Assembly: GCA_028276785.1 (NCBI GenBank)
Contig: JAPYVP010000008.1
Location: 1-25,101 of the forward strand
Direction of reading: 5' to 3'
Length of the DNA stretch: 25,101 bases
From: Candidatus Nanopusillus sp.
GTDB lineage: Archaea > Nanobdellota > Nanobdellia > Nanobdellales > Nanobdellaceae
The notes under the pieces were generated by a model that saw only the letters and a program-made list of their open reading frames with translations, made no database searches and had not been told where the DNA came from. The position numbers and the translations under genes are program-made. Positions 1 through 7,849 of this stretch are shown in pieces. How positions within the stretch are numbered: position 1 is the first letter of the stretch; each line of letters begins with the position of its first letter.

Positions 1-383
1 TGTCCACTTATTTGGAATGATCCAGATCCTACTTGTAATACTGGATATGTTTTGTTTATATTATCACCTAAGTAAAGTGGTGCTTGTGATGAATAAAATA
101 GATATGCACCAGATGGAACTTGAGATGTAGTTTGTGAACCTACGTTAACTGTAACTGTTACATTTTGGGTAGATGGTACGGTAAATGTTTCTAAAGCTGC
201 AATTATGTTTGAGGCCCCAACAACATCCGCTGCATTGGCATTTGCTCCTACTACTACTGTCCATGATGTTGGTTGTGATTTCATAGATTGAGCCAATTGA
301 CCTATTGGTGCTCCCGCAGAATATGCCGCTACTCCTAATACTCCTAACGCTCCCAAAGCTGCCAAGGTCTTACCTTTCATCAT
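1..383 (-). CDS. S-layer-type secreted protein, N-terminal part (partial; continues beyond window start)
   Basis: Absent from the ORF track because the window edge cuts it. The reverse complement from ATG 383-381 (second ATG at 380-378) is open to base 1. It reads MMKGKTLAALGALGVLGVAAYSAGAPIGQLAQSMKSQPTSWTVVVGANANAADVVGASNIIAALETFTVPST... This is a signal-peptide-like basic plus hydrophobic start followed by a VVVG-A-A-DVVGA-I-AAL motif, as in archaeal S-layer N-terminal domains. GC is locally higher than the window. Confidence 0.6.
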   Translation of the reverse strand, partial: MMKGKTLAALGALGVLGVAAYSAGAPIGQLAQSMKSQPTSWTVVVGANANAADVVGASNIIAALETFTVPSTQNVTVTVNVGSQTTSQVPSGAYLFYSSQAPLYLGDNINKTYPVLQVGSGSFQISG

Positions 384-536
384 AAAATATCTATATGTGT
401 TTTTCCCTTTATATTTGTTTTTCATGATTTATTTTATTATGATAGAATTTAAAAAGTTTTCTACTTTTGATTAAAATCAACCATAACCAACAAGTAACAA
501 CTTTATCATAAAACCTCAAAATATTAAAAAATATAT

Positions 537-1268
537 TTATAGTTCCTTAGCCTTTAATAAAGCTACCAAATTTACCATTGATTCTACAAATATACTAAAT
601 AAAGTAGTTAATAAAATAGTATTAATGGCCATTGAAACTTCATTATATTCGGTTATTATAAATGGTGAATCCATTAAGGTGTATGTTGTTACAGATGGTG
701 AGACCATTAAAGTGTGTAATATGTATATTACAAATATAGCAGTCCATAATAGTACCAAAATTATTAAACATACTAATATATAAGCAAATAATTTCAATGA
801 TTTGCTAAAATGTATTGATAATTTATTTACTTTTCCTAAAATAGCCCCATAGAAAGTATATAAAAGTAGTGTACCAACTGTTGCTGCTATTATTAAAATT
901 ACCACTCCAACAATTGCTAATATTGGATTATCCGGTCCATAATATTGATAACCCGTTGAGTCTGTATATTCAACTTTTATTAGATAAGAACCGCTATATT
1001 GAATAAGCATTGTTCCCATTGACATTAGTAAAGTTGGTATTAATAATGCTTTAAATGCTGTTTTATAATCTGGATTAATATCTTCTCCCGTAACTTTCGT
1101 ATAATACCAAGCTATTAAGTTGGGATAGAAATATGATAATATAATTGCTCCTAATATTGGCAATATTGCAAATACCCCTCCCAACAATAATGCTGACATT
1201 CCAAATAATACGCTCTCTGCAAAATTTTTTCTCATATAGTCAAAAGATTTTCTATATATTTCTACCAT
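537..1268 (-). CDS. Multi-pass membrane protein, paralog A of a 3-member family (function unknown)
   Basis: 243-aa ORF with several long hydrophobic segments. It shares WYYTKVTGEDINPDYKTAFK-LLIP and YG-ILGKVNKLSI motifs with 1299..2012 and, more distantly, with 9035..9667. Confidence 0.75.
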   Translation of the reverse strand: MVEIYRKSFDYMRKNFAESVLFGMSALLLGGVFAILPILGAIILSYFYPNLIAWYYTKVTGEDINPDYKTAFKALLIPTLLMSMGTMLIQYSGSYLIKVEYTDSTGYQYYGPDNPILAIVGVVILIIAATVGTLLLYTFYGAILGKVNKLSIHFSKSLKLFAYILVCLIILVLLWTAIFVIYILHTLMVSPSVTTYTLMDSPFIITEYNEVSMAINTILLTTLFSIFVESMVNLVALLKAKEL

Positions 1269-1298
1269 AAATGATATATCCTAAAAAGACATAAAAAA

Positions 1299-2012
1299 CT
1301 AAAATTCTTTAGCCCTTAATAGTAATATTAAATTCATTGCTGGATATACAATAATTATATTTAAAATTAGTACAATAATACTTCCCAATAGGGGAAATAT
1401 TAATGAAAATATTTCACTAATTATTAACAATATTATACCAGCAATAATATTAAATATAAACCAATATGCGAATAATATAAATGATTTCTCAACATCTATT
1501 GATAATTTATTTACCTTTCCCAAAATAGATCCATAAATACTATATAATAATAATAACCAAATTACTCCACTAGCTATTATAATTATTATACCAATAATTG
1601 TACCTATAAGAACATATGTAAAAATATGGAAACTTGATAAACCAATTGATATTAATTGTTGAAGACTAATATTACTAATCTCATTAATATTTACAAAATT
1701 TGGTGATAAATTTATTAAAATGCTAATTAATATTGCTAATATTACAATTATACCAATAGATATTAATAAACTTGGTATTAATAACGATTTAAATGCTGTT
1801 TTATAATCTGGATTAATATCTTCTCCTGTAACCTTTGTATAATACCATTTAGTTAATCTTGGATAAAAATATGAAAACAAAAATGCTCCTATTATTGGTA
1901 TTAAAAATAATGTCTTCCACAATATATAAAATAATGCTCCATATACCAAACTCTCCGTTATATGATTCTTTACTAAATCAATGGATTTTTTATATGTTTC
2001 TAGAATACCCAT
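1299..2012 (-). CDS. Multi-pass membrane protein, paralog B (tandem to A; function unknown)
   Basis: 237-aa ORF, hydrophobic throughout, with the same two conserved loop motifs as paralog A. It lies 30 bp from A on the same strand. Confidence 0.75.
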   Translation of the reverse strand: MGILETYKKSIDLVKNHITESLVYGALFYILWKTLFLIPIIGAFLFSYFYPRLTKWYYTKVTGEDINPDYKTAFKSLLIPSLLISIGIIVILAILISILINLSPNFVNINEISNISLQQLISIGLSSFHIFTYVLIGTIIGIIIIIASGVIWLLLLYSIYGSILGKVNKLSIDVEKSFILFAYWFIFNIIAGIILLIISEIFSLIFPLLGSIIVLILNIIIVYPAMNLILLLRAKEF

Positions 2013-2042
2013 AAAAAATTTTTCTTAATAAAATTTAAAATA

Positions 2043-3566
2043 TTATCTTTTTGCAAACTTTATACCCTTCTTCTCATATTCAATAATATTCATTAATAAC
2101 TCATCCTCACTTTTATATTCTTTCTTTAATAAAAATCTCGCAGATAAATAACTTATACCTTTACCAGCGTAAATAAATACAAACTTTTTACCATAATTTT
2201 TTAATAATTCTGCAGTTATATTCATTTTTTTCTCATCTTCTAAATCCTTTTCACTTTTTGCAACACCAAAATATTGACCTCCACATTTTTTACATTCTAA
2301 TTTTTCATCATAATCTTTTACCTTTATTTTATATCTTGTTCCGCAAGCCATACAAACAAATATTAATTCAGTATTTTCAATTCTTTCCTTTACCAATTTC
2401 AATACTTCTCTCCATTTATCAGAAATTAATACATCAGATACATATTCCTCCAATCCTAAAATTGCTAAAGGTGATATATTTTCCCTATCAACAATATTTA
2501 CTTTTATTTTTTTCTCCTTTATTTTCTTTAATATTGTCTTTAAATTTTTCACATCTAACTTTTCAATAAATAATTCATTTAATGTTTCTCTATATACTGG
2601 TGTATTAATTAAATGATCTAGAATTCTTCTTAAAGTAGATTTTGAATAATCAGCATCTTTTCTAATTACTCCAAACCTCTTTGCAACATGTGAAAATTTC
2701 CATAAAAATAAATCTGTATTAACTATTGCTTTCTCTAATATACTTTCTATATTATCTAAATCAATATTTTCAATTACTTCCTTAATATTTTCTTTTGTAA
2801 TATATCCAGCTTTTAACATTATTCTATAAGGATCTGTTTTTATCCCGACAACAATCCCATATTTTTCAGATAATATTTGGGAAATTAACCTTGACAATGC
2901 ATCATTTATTTTACTTCCAAATGGAGAATGAATAATAAACCAATCCCTATATTGTTCAATGTAAATATTATTTTTACTTGGGTAAAAATATAGTTCTTGA
3001 TTTTTTAGTTCATCAAAATTTAATAGTTCTTTCTTTATTTCCTGAGCTTCTTGTGCAACTTCTAATGGTACAGGTAACAATTCACCTTCCCAAGAAGGTA
3101 TTGCAGATTCAAAATCTTTTTCCAATCCAACCAAAATCTTATTTTTTTCAATTTTTTCAATCTTCCATGGTAAACCCCTTAATATAAATATTGTACCTGG
3201 ATTTCCATGTTTTGCAACAAATTCTTCATGCAATATACCAATCTTTTGACCAGTTGTTATATCATATACATCATATGATTTTTCATCTGGTATCATTGAA
3301 ATATTATCTAAAAAATAGAATAGGCCTTTTCTTGTTTTAATTAATTTCTTATTTTCTTTATCGTATATTAAAATCTTTATTGAATCTAAGAAATTTATTA
3401 TTTCCAAAAATTCTTCATATGTTAAATCTTTATATATATACGATCTTTTTATTGTATTCCATACAAGATCTATATCAACTTCTCCATATTCCAAAGTCAT
3501 TCCAACAATTTGATTGGCCAATACATCAAAAGCATTATAATGAATCTCTGGTTTTTCAATTTTCAT
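2043..3566 (-). CDS. Lhr-type helicase C-terminal module (winged-helix / DEAD-associated region plus Zn ribbon) without a helicase motor
   Basis: The 507-aa ORF starts at ...IHYNAFDVLANQIVGMTLEYGEVDIDLVWNTIKRSYIYKDLTYEEFLEIINFL. This resembles the segment that follows RecA2 in Lhr-like helicases (PLDVLAQQIV...Y..L....F..v). A CMACG...CKKCG zinc ribbon lies near the C-terminus. No Walker A/B or DEAH motifs occur in this ORF. Upstream is an 87-bp divergent intergenic region, not a helicase core. Confidence 0.55.
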   Translation of the reverse strand: MKIEKPEIHYNAFDVLANQIVGMTLEYGEVDIDLVWNTIKRSYIYKDLTYEEFLEIINFLDSIKILIYDKENKKLIKTRKGLFYFLDNISMIPDEKSYDVYDITTGQKIGILHEEFVAKHGNPGTIFILRGLPWKIEKIEKNKILVGLEKDFESAIPSWEGELLPVPLEVAQEAQEIKKELLNFDELKNQELYFYPSKNNIYIEQYRDWFIIHSPFGSKINDALSRLISQILSEKYGIVVGIKTDPYRIMLKAGYITKENIKEVIENIDLDNIESILEKAIVNTDLFLWKFSHVAKRFGVIRKDADYSKSTLRRILDHLINTPVYRETLNELFIEKLDVKNLKTILKKIKEKKIKVNIVDRENISPLAILGLEEYVSDVLISDKWREVLKLVKERIENTELIFVCMACGTRYKIKVKDYDEKLECKKCGGQYFGVAKSEKDLEDEKKMNITAELLKNYGKKFVFIYAGKGISYLSARFLLKKEYKSEDELLMNIIEYEKKGIKFAKR

Positions 3567-3608
3567 GATTTTTTATATATTACTATAATATTTTATATTA
3601 TGTTCTAA

Positions 3609-3653
3609 GTGTAAAAATTTATAAAATTTTCCATAAATATTATTATCATTGGA
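3609..3653 (+). promoter_or_regulatory. Archaeal promoter of 3654 gene (TATA TTTATAAAA at 3618-3626)
   Basis: TTTATAAAATTTTCCA at 3618-3633 differs at one of 16 positions from TTTATAGAATTTTCCA upstream of the 4692 gene. It also resembles the TATA and downstream region of the 16.1-18.3 kb family promoters. Confidence 0.45.
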
Positions 3654-4529
3654 ATGGGCGGACAAAACCAAAACAAAAAATTTTATAAAACGGGTTTGGA
3701 GGGGCTTCTAGAGGGAACATTGGAGGTTATGAGGGATGAAAGTAAATTCCCATACTTTAGCCTATTGCTAGGGTCTATAGGAAAATTTAATAAACTATTA
3801 AGGGGTGCAAAACATGACCGACACCCAATAGTAGACTTTGAAAGGCAACAATTATTAAAAGAAATAATAAAATTGATAGAAAAGTATTTAGATATAGAGC
3901 CTGATCCGCTAACATTCATAGCAGGTCTATCAATAATAGGATATGCACAAAATGGGTATAAAGTCGAAGTAATGAGCTGTCGTCAGCGTCGTGACGATGA
4001 TGAGTGTTGGTATGAGACAATCTCATATACAAAAGGAGAACTAGCTGAAGAGATAGGAAAGATATTAATAGAATATGCTACAAATATGCTAAGAGATAAA
4101 TATTACAGTAGAAGGGAAATAGAAAACATAAGAAGAAATCTAAACGAAATTGTAAATACAATTGAAGGATGGAAGCCATACGATATAGATTGGGCATTGG
4201 GATTACTATACAGATCAATAGGACTAATGTATATAGAAAAACTAAAGAAATTGGGAATAGCAAAGGAAGAATCTGGAGAACCATATAAAATAATAATAGA
4301 TGAAAAGAAATTAATGGAAATGTATAAACCATTAATACAATCAATAGGATTGACTGATGAAATAATAGAGGCATTCAAATATACAATAGCTGAGGGATCG
4401 TCTTCCAAAGTTACAGATATGAGAGAGATATATGAAGCAATAGAAAGAGAGTTGAAGAAAGATCCAAAATATAAAATGTGTATGGAAGCCATGCCAAAAT
4501 GTAGGATAAATGTATGGGAAAGATACTGA
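3654..4529 (+). CDS. Hypothetical protein (ORFan); helix / beta-meander / GELAEEIGK segment plus C-terminal winged-helix-like motif
   Basis: 291-aa ORF with no family motif I recognise. Residues ~193-218, YIEKLKKLGIAKEESGEPYKIIIDEKK, match a motif in the two downstream ORFs. ISYTKGELAEEIGKILIEY resembles IRYKVSGELAKELAMGIGKHF in the 18345 gene. Confidence 0.7.
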   Translation: MGGQNQNKKFYKTGLEGLLEGTLEVMRDESKFPYFSLLLGSIGKFNKLLRGAKHDRHPIVDFERQQLLKEIIKLIEKYLDIEPDPLTFIAGLSIIGYAQNGYKVEVMSCRQRRDDDECWYETISYTKGELAEEIGKILIEYATNMLRDKYYSRREIENIRRNLNEIVNTIEGWKPYDIDWALGLLYRSIGLMYIEKLKKLGIAKEESGEPYKIIIDEKKLMEMYKPLIQSIGLTDEIIEAFKYTIAEGSSSKVTDMREIYEAIERELKKDPKYKMCMEAMPKCRINVWERY

Positions 4530-4553
4530 AAAGGCTGGAAAATCTAATTTTTT
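4530..4553 (+). terminator. Oligo-T terminator region with shared AAGGC...ATCTAATTTTT motif
   Basis: AAAAGGCTGGAAAATCTAATTTTTT lies immediately after the stop codon. Related strings follow bcp, the 16193 gene and the 17343 gene. Confidence 0.35.
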
Positions 4554-4654
4554 ATAGATAATTCTATCTTTAATAATTATTAAATAATTATGAAATATTT
4601 TAAAACGTGTAAAAAACTAAAAAAGTTGGCATTAAATATAAAAATTTTTAAAAT

Positions 4655-4691
4655 AAAAAAATTTTATAGAATTTTCCAGCAATCATAACTT
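4655..4691 (+). promoter_or_regulatory. Archaeal promoter of 4692 gene (TATA TTTATAGA at 4663-4670; leaderless spacing)
   Basis: The TATA box starts 29 bp upstream of the ATG. The core TTTATAGAATTTTCCA is nearly identical to the 3654 promoter core. Confidence 0.45.
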
Positions 4692-5306
4692 ATGATTCCT
4701 AATAGTTTAGACGAAATTATATTACGTGTTTCAGAACCTACAATAAAAGCTAGTATAGAGCTTAGTAAGATGCCAAATGATCCAAAATATGAACCATTAA
4801 AAGAAATGATATTAAACAAATACCGTGAAGAAATAAAAAAGATAATAAATGAGTTTAAACTGTCTGCAGATGATCTTTCACAAGTATATCCTATGCTTAT
4901 TGATGACTTACTTTGGTACTGCCATACCAAATTAGATGTAAAATGTTCAGATAAAAAAATAGATGAAAAATATAAAGCTAGTGGAAAACTTAGATATTTA
5001 TCTCCAAATGAACTCCAAAATTATTTAGCATTTAAAGTAATAGGCGGCAGGTGGTATGAGTTAAATGACCTAAAGAATGATAATCCAAAAGCAGAAGAAA
5101 TACTTGAAAAATATAATGTAATTCTTAATCTTAGATATAAAAATCCTACTTTAGGGGATATTTTATATCCACAAATAGGACAATTGATTGTTAAGATACT
5201 AAAAGAAAAAGGTATTCTTATTCAAAAAGAAGAGTGCGGTGAATATGTAATATTAACAGACCATCCAGAAGTACAAGATGTAATGAAAAAGTTCCATAAA
5301 TACTAA
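4692..5306 (+). CDS. Hypothetical protein (ORFan), 204 aa, C-terminal winged-helix-like motif
   Basis: The ORF has typical local composition. Residues ~162-192, IGQLIVKILKEKGILIQKEECGEYVILTDHPE, look like a recognition helix plus beta wing. Confidence 0.7.
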   Translation: MIPNSLDEIILRVSEPTIKASIELSKMPNDPKYEPLKEMILNKYREEIKKIINEFKLSADDLSQVYPMLIDDLLWYCHTKLDVKCSDKKIDEKYKASGKLRYLSPNELQNYLAFKVIGGRWYELNDLKNDNPKAEEILEKYNVILNLRYKNPTLGDILYPQIGQLIVKILKEKGILIQKEECGEYVILTDHPEVQDVMKKFHKY

Positions 5307-5339
5307 ATATTTTTAAAACTTTTTTTTAATCATAATTTA

Positions 5340-5954
5340 ATGGAGAATATAAACACACATCTATTAGATTTAGATGGTGTAATAAAAAATTTAAAAAATT
5401 ATATAAGGGAAATAGGCTATAAATTGGGCGATAAGAATATTGAAGATGCTATGTATATTGGACTCATTATATTAAAGAAATTATGTGAGAAGAGTGCAAA
5501 CGTAGAGTGTAAATATGACTTATCAGAAAAACCACCCATATTATATAATTTAAGGGAAAATGATCTTAAAAAAATAGTCGGTAAAGCATTTCTTGGTATA
5601 GCACCTTATTTTGAATCTCGTTCTCGCATTCCTTACGATCATATTCGTTATTTAGAATATAAAGTAAATTTAATAATTGATGACTTTTCTGATGAACTTT
5701 CCCATTACAAAAGTTTAGAAAAAAGAAAAATAGAAATAGAAAATAAATTGGGAGAGATATATCAAACTGTTGGATCTGAAATCTTGAGAAAATTAGAAGA
5801 AATGAATATGATAGAAATAATAAAAACAAAAAAGCATGAAAATCCTCCAGTATATGTAAAAATATTGGATAATGCATATAAATTTATGGAAAAATATGAA
5901 GAATATAGGACAACGGATTCAGAATATGAATATAAAATAATGGAATATGACTGA
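5340..5954 (+). CDS. Hypothetical protein (ORFan), 204 aa, C-terminal winged-helix-like motif
   Basis: It lies 33 bp downstream of the previous gene and is probably co-transcribed. Residues ~144-180, VGSEILRKLEEMNMIEIIKTKKHENPPVYVKILDNAY, parallel the motif in the two upstream ORFs. It has the same length as its neighbour. Confidence 0.7.
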   Translation: MENINTHLLDLDGVIKNLKNYIREIGYKLGDKNIEDAMYIGLIILKKLCEKSANVECKYDLSEKPPILYNLRENDLKKIVGKAFLGIAPYFESRSRIPYDHIRYLEYKVNLIIDDFSDELSHYKSLEKRKIEIENKLGEIYQTVGSEILRKLEEMNMIEIIKTKKHENPPVYVKILDNAYKFMEKYEEYRTTDSEYEYKIMEYD

Positions 5955-5963
5955 AAATAAGTA

Positions 5964-7838
5964 CTATTGAATATTTTTTAATCCCAAATATTTATCTAAA
6001 CTTTCTTTAAATCTTTTCCACCATTCAACATAATCTTCATATCTTTCAAATTTCCAATCTTTAGAATTTAATTCTCTACACATCGTAGATACAAGATCCA
6101 TTGCCCTTTTACTTTCCCATAAAACAGGTTCTGCATTTGCTTTTATTGAATATTCAACAATTTCCTTATATAAATTTTTATCCAGATCTTTTCCTGTAAT
6201 CTCTTTATATAATCTATCTAATACAGGTTCATAAACACCCCTATAAAATCTACATATTCCAAGATCTTCCACCAAAGATTCATTTATTGCCCTTCCATAT
6301 GAAAATCTTGCAAAGTCTTCTGGTCTTGCAAATGAATTTGAATAATCTGTCCAATATTTTCCTAAGATATACATTGGAGCAACTACACCAGGACCCCAAT
6401 ATAAATTTGGGGTTATATATCCTTCATTTCCAAAAGATGCATATACAACATAATCATTAAATTTATTATCTTTAATTCTTTCCTTATATTTTTCATTTAA
6501 TATCTTTGAAGATACTCTTATCCCTCTTTCTGATATTAATGATAATATTTCATTATTTTTCTTAATTAATCCTTCAATAATTTTTTCTGCAATTTTTGAA
6601 TTTTTATATGAATCATTTTTTGGATCAAAATTCTCAAAATTAAATATTGGATAATCATTTAATCCAACTTCTCCAGGTTCTAATAACTTATTTTCAATCA
6701 AATCAAATAACCATGAAATTACATACCCAACTTCAATTGCATCCATTCCATACTGATCTACTAAATCCACTAATTTCAATGCTTCTTCAAATATATAATT
6801 ACCAATAAACGGACCTAAAGAATGGAAAGGTTCATAATCTACTTTTTTACCTTTATATACTTTTTTACATGCTACATTGCATAAATCTCCACACGTAAAC
6901 CATGATTTACTTTTTATAAATACCTCTTCCTGGAAAGGTTTCCAGAATAGTTCAATAATGTTTTCATAATGTTTTCTCCTTAATTCTTTCGAATAATATA
7001 TTGATTTATATCCAAATAAAGGTAAAAATTCTTTATATAATAAGTAATTTTCTCCAAAAGTCCCACCAGATCCTGTTTCTGGATCATATTTATATTTCTT
7101 TGTTTTTTCATTAATAACTTCTATATAACTTTTCCCAAATTTTTCTAAAAATATTTTATTTATTAATTGAAAATCATTTACTTTTTCATATCTATATTTA
7201 TAATTACCGCCAGAAACTATACCTAGAATATTATGTCCTTTAAATAATGAAGATCCTACACCACCCCTTCCAGAGAAATCTTCAGATCCAATTCTAAATT
7301 CCCCATTAACTATATCAAATGAAAATAAATTTCCATTATATGTATACATAGCTCCTTCCCCAACAACAACTGCTCTAGCATTATAATTTGAAAAGAAATC
7401 ATTATATTTTTCTAATAGATATCTTGAAAATGCATATACGCCTTTATAATTTTTATATGAATTTACATAATTTACAGATTCAATTTTTACATTATCTGGA
7501 GAAATAAAAATTACAGATGGTTCTTTTAAATATCCAATAATTACAATTGCATCAATTCCAGATCCCATAAATTTATACCCAACACCACCAATTGAAGAAA
7601 AATGCAATGTTCTTGTTAATGGACTTTTAAATATTGCAATCATTCTATGAACACCGAACAATTTCCCTCCGACAAATGGACCTAAACCAAATATAAATGG
7701 AACTGAAGGATCATAAATATCTTTTTTCCATGATTCATATTCGTTATGTATTTTTACTCCTAAGGAAATAATACCTTGAGAATCTATATTAATAATTTTA
7801 TATTCTAACTTATCTAAATTTATAAATAGTACTTTCAT
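5964..7838 (-). CDS. Aldehyde:ferredoxin oxidoreductase (AOR) family protein, divergent member
   Basis: The 624-aa ORF aligns by eye to Pyrococcus-type AOR. GLGPFVGGKLFGVHRMIAIFKSPLT...GIDAIVIIG corresponds to AAGPLTGT...RYNVVTKSPLTG...GYDAIVVEG, and SGRGGVGSSL to AGRGGVGAVM. There is a Cys cluster TCGDLCNVAC plus a distal LGICRF. Confidence 0.8.
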   Translation of the reverse strand: MKVLFINLDKLEYKIINIDSQGIISLGVKIHNEYESWKKDIYDPSVPFIFGLGPFVGGKLFGVHRMIAIFKSPLTRTLHFSSIGGVGYKFMGSGIDAIVIIGYLKEPSVIFISPDNVKIESVNYVNSYKNYKGVYAFSRYLLEKYNDFFSNYNARAVVVGEGAMYTYNGNLFSFDIVNGEFRIGSEDFSGRGGVGSSLFKGHNILGIVSGGNYKYRYEKVNDFQLINKIFLEKFGKSYIEVINEKTKKYKYDPETGSGGTFGENYLLYKEFLPLFGYKSIYYSKELRRKHYENIIELFWKPFQEEVFIKSKSWFTCGDLCNVACKKVYKGKKVDYEPFHSLGPFIGNYIFEEALKLVDLVDQYGMDAIEVGYVISWLFDLIENKLLEPGEVGLNDYPIFNFENFDPKNDSYKNSKIAEKIIEGLIKKNNEILSLISERGIRVSSKILNEKYKERIKDNKFNDYVVYASFGNEGYITPNLYWGPGVVAPMYILGKYWTDYSNSFARPEDFARFSYGRAINESLVEDLGICRFYRGVYEPVLDRLYKEITGKDLDKNLYKEIVEYSIKANAEPVLWESKRAMDLVSTMCRELNSKDWKFERYEDYVEWWKRFKESLDKYLGLKNIQ

Positions 7839-7849
7839 AAATTAAGAAA

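Noticed and set aside
2258-5877. Antisense or alternative-frame ORFs inside larger genes: 2258..2569, 2978..3187, 3380..3568, 3683..3919, 4078..4374, 4103..4492, 4664..4930, 5566..5877. Further examples lie outside this interval: 10190..10390, 13292..13582, 15100..15447, 16671..16859, 18290..18478, 20852..21088, 23278..23598.
   Set aside because: They are low-complexity L/F/I/S-rich translations typical of shadow frames opposite AT-rich coding DNA. Each is fully nested in a better-supported gene and has no motifs.
3567-5963. Integrated virus or plasmid remnant as an explanation for the three-ORFan block
   Set aside because: It is not supported by what I can see. There is no integrase or transposase, no tRNA at the border, and I found no flanking direct repeats by eye. 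I kept it only as one hypothesis inside the finding.
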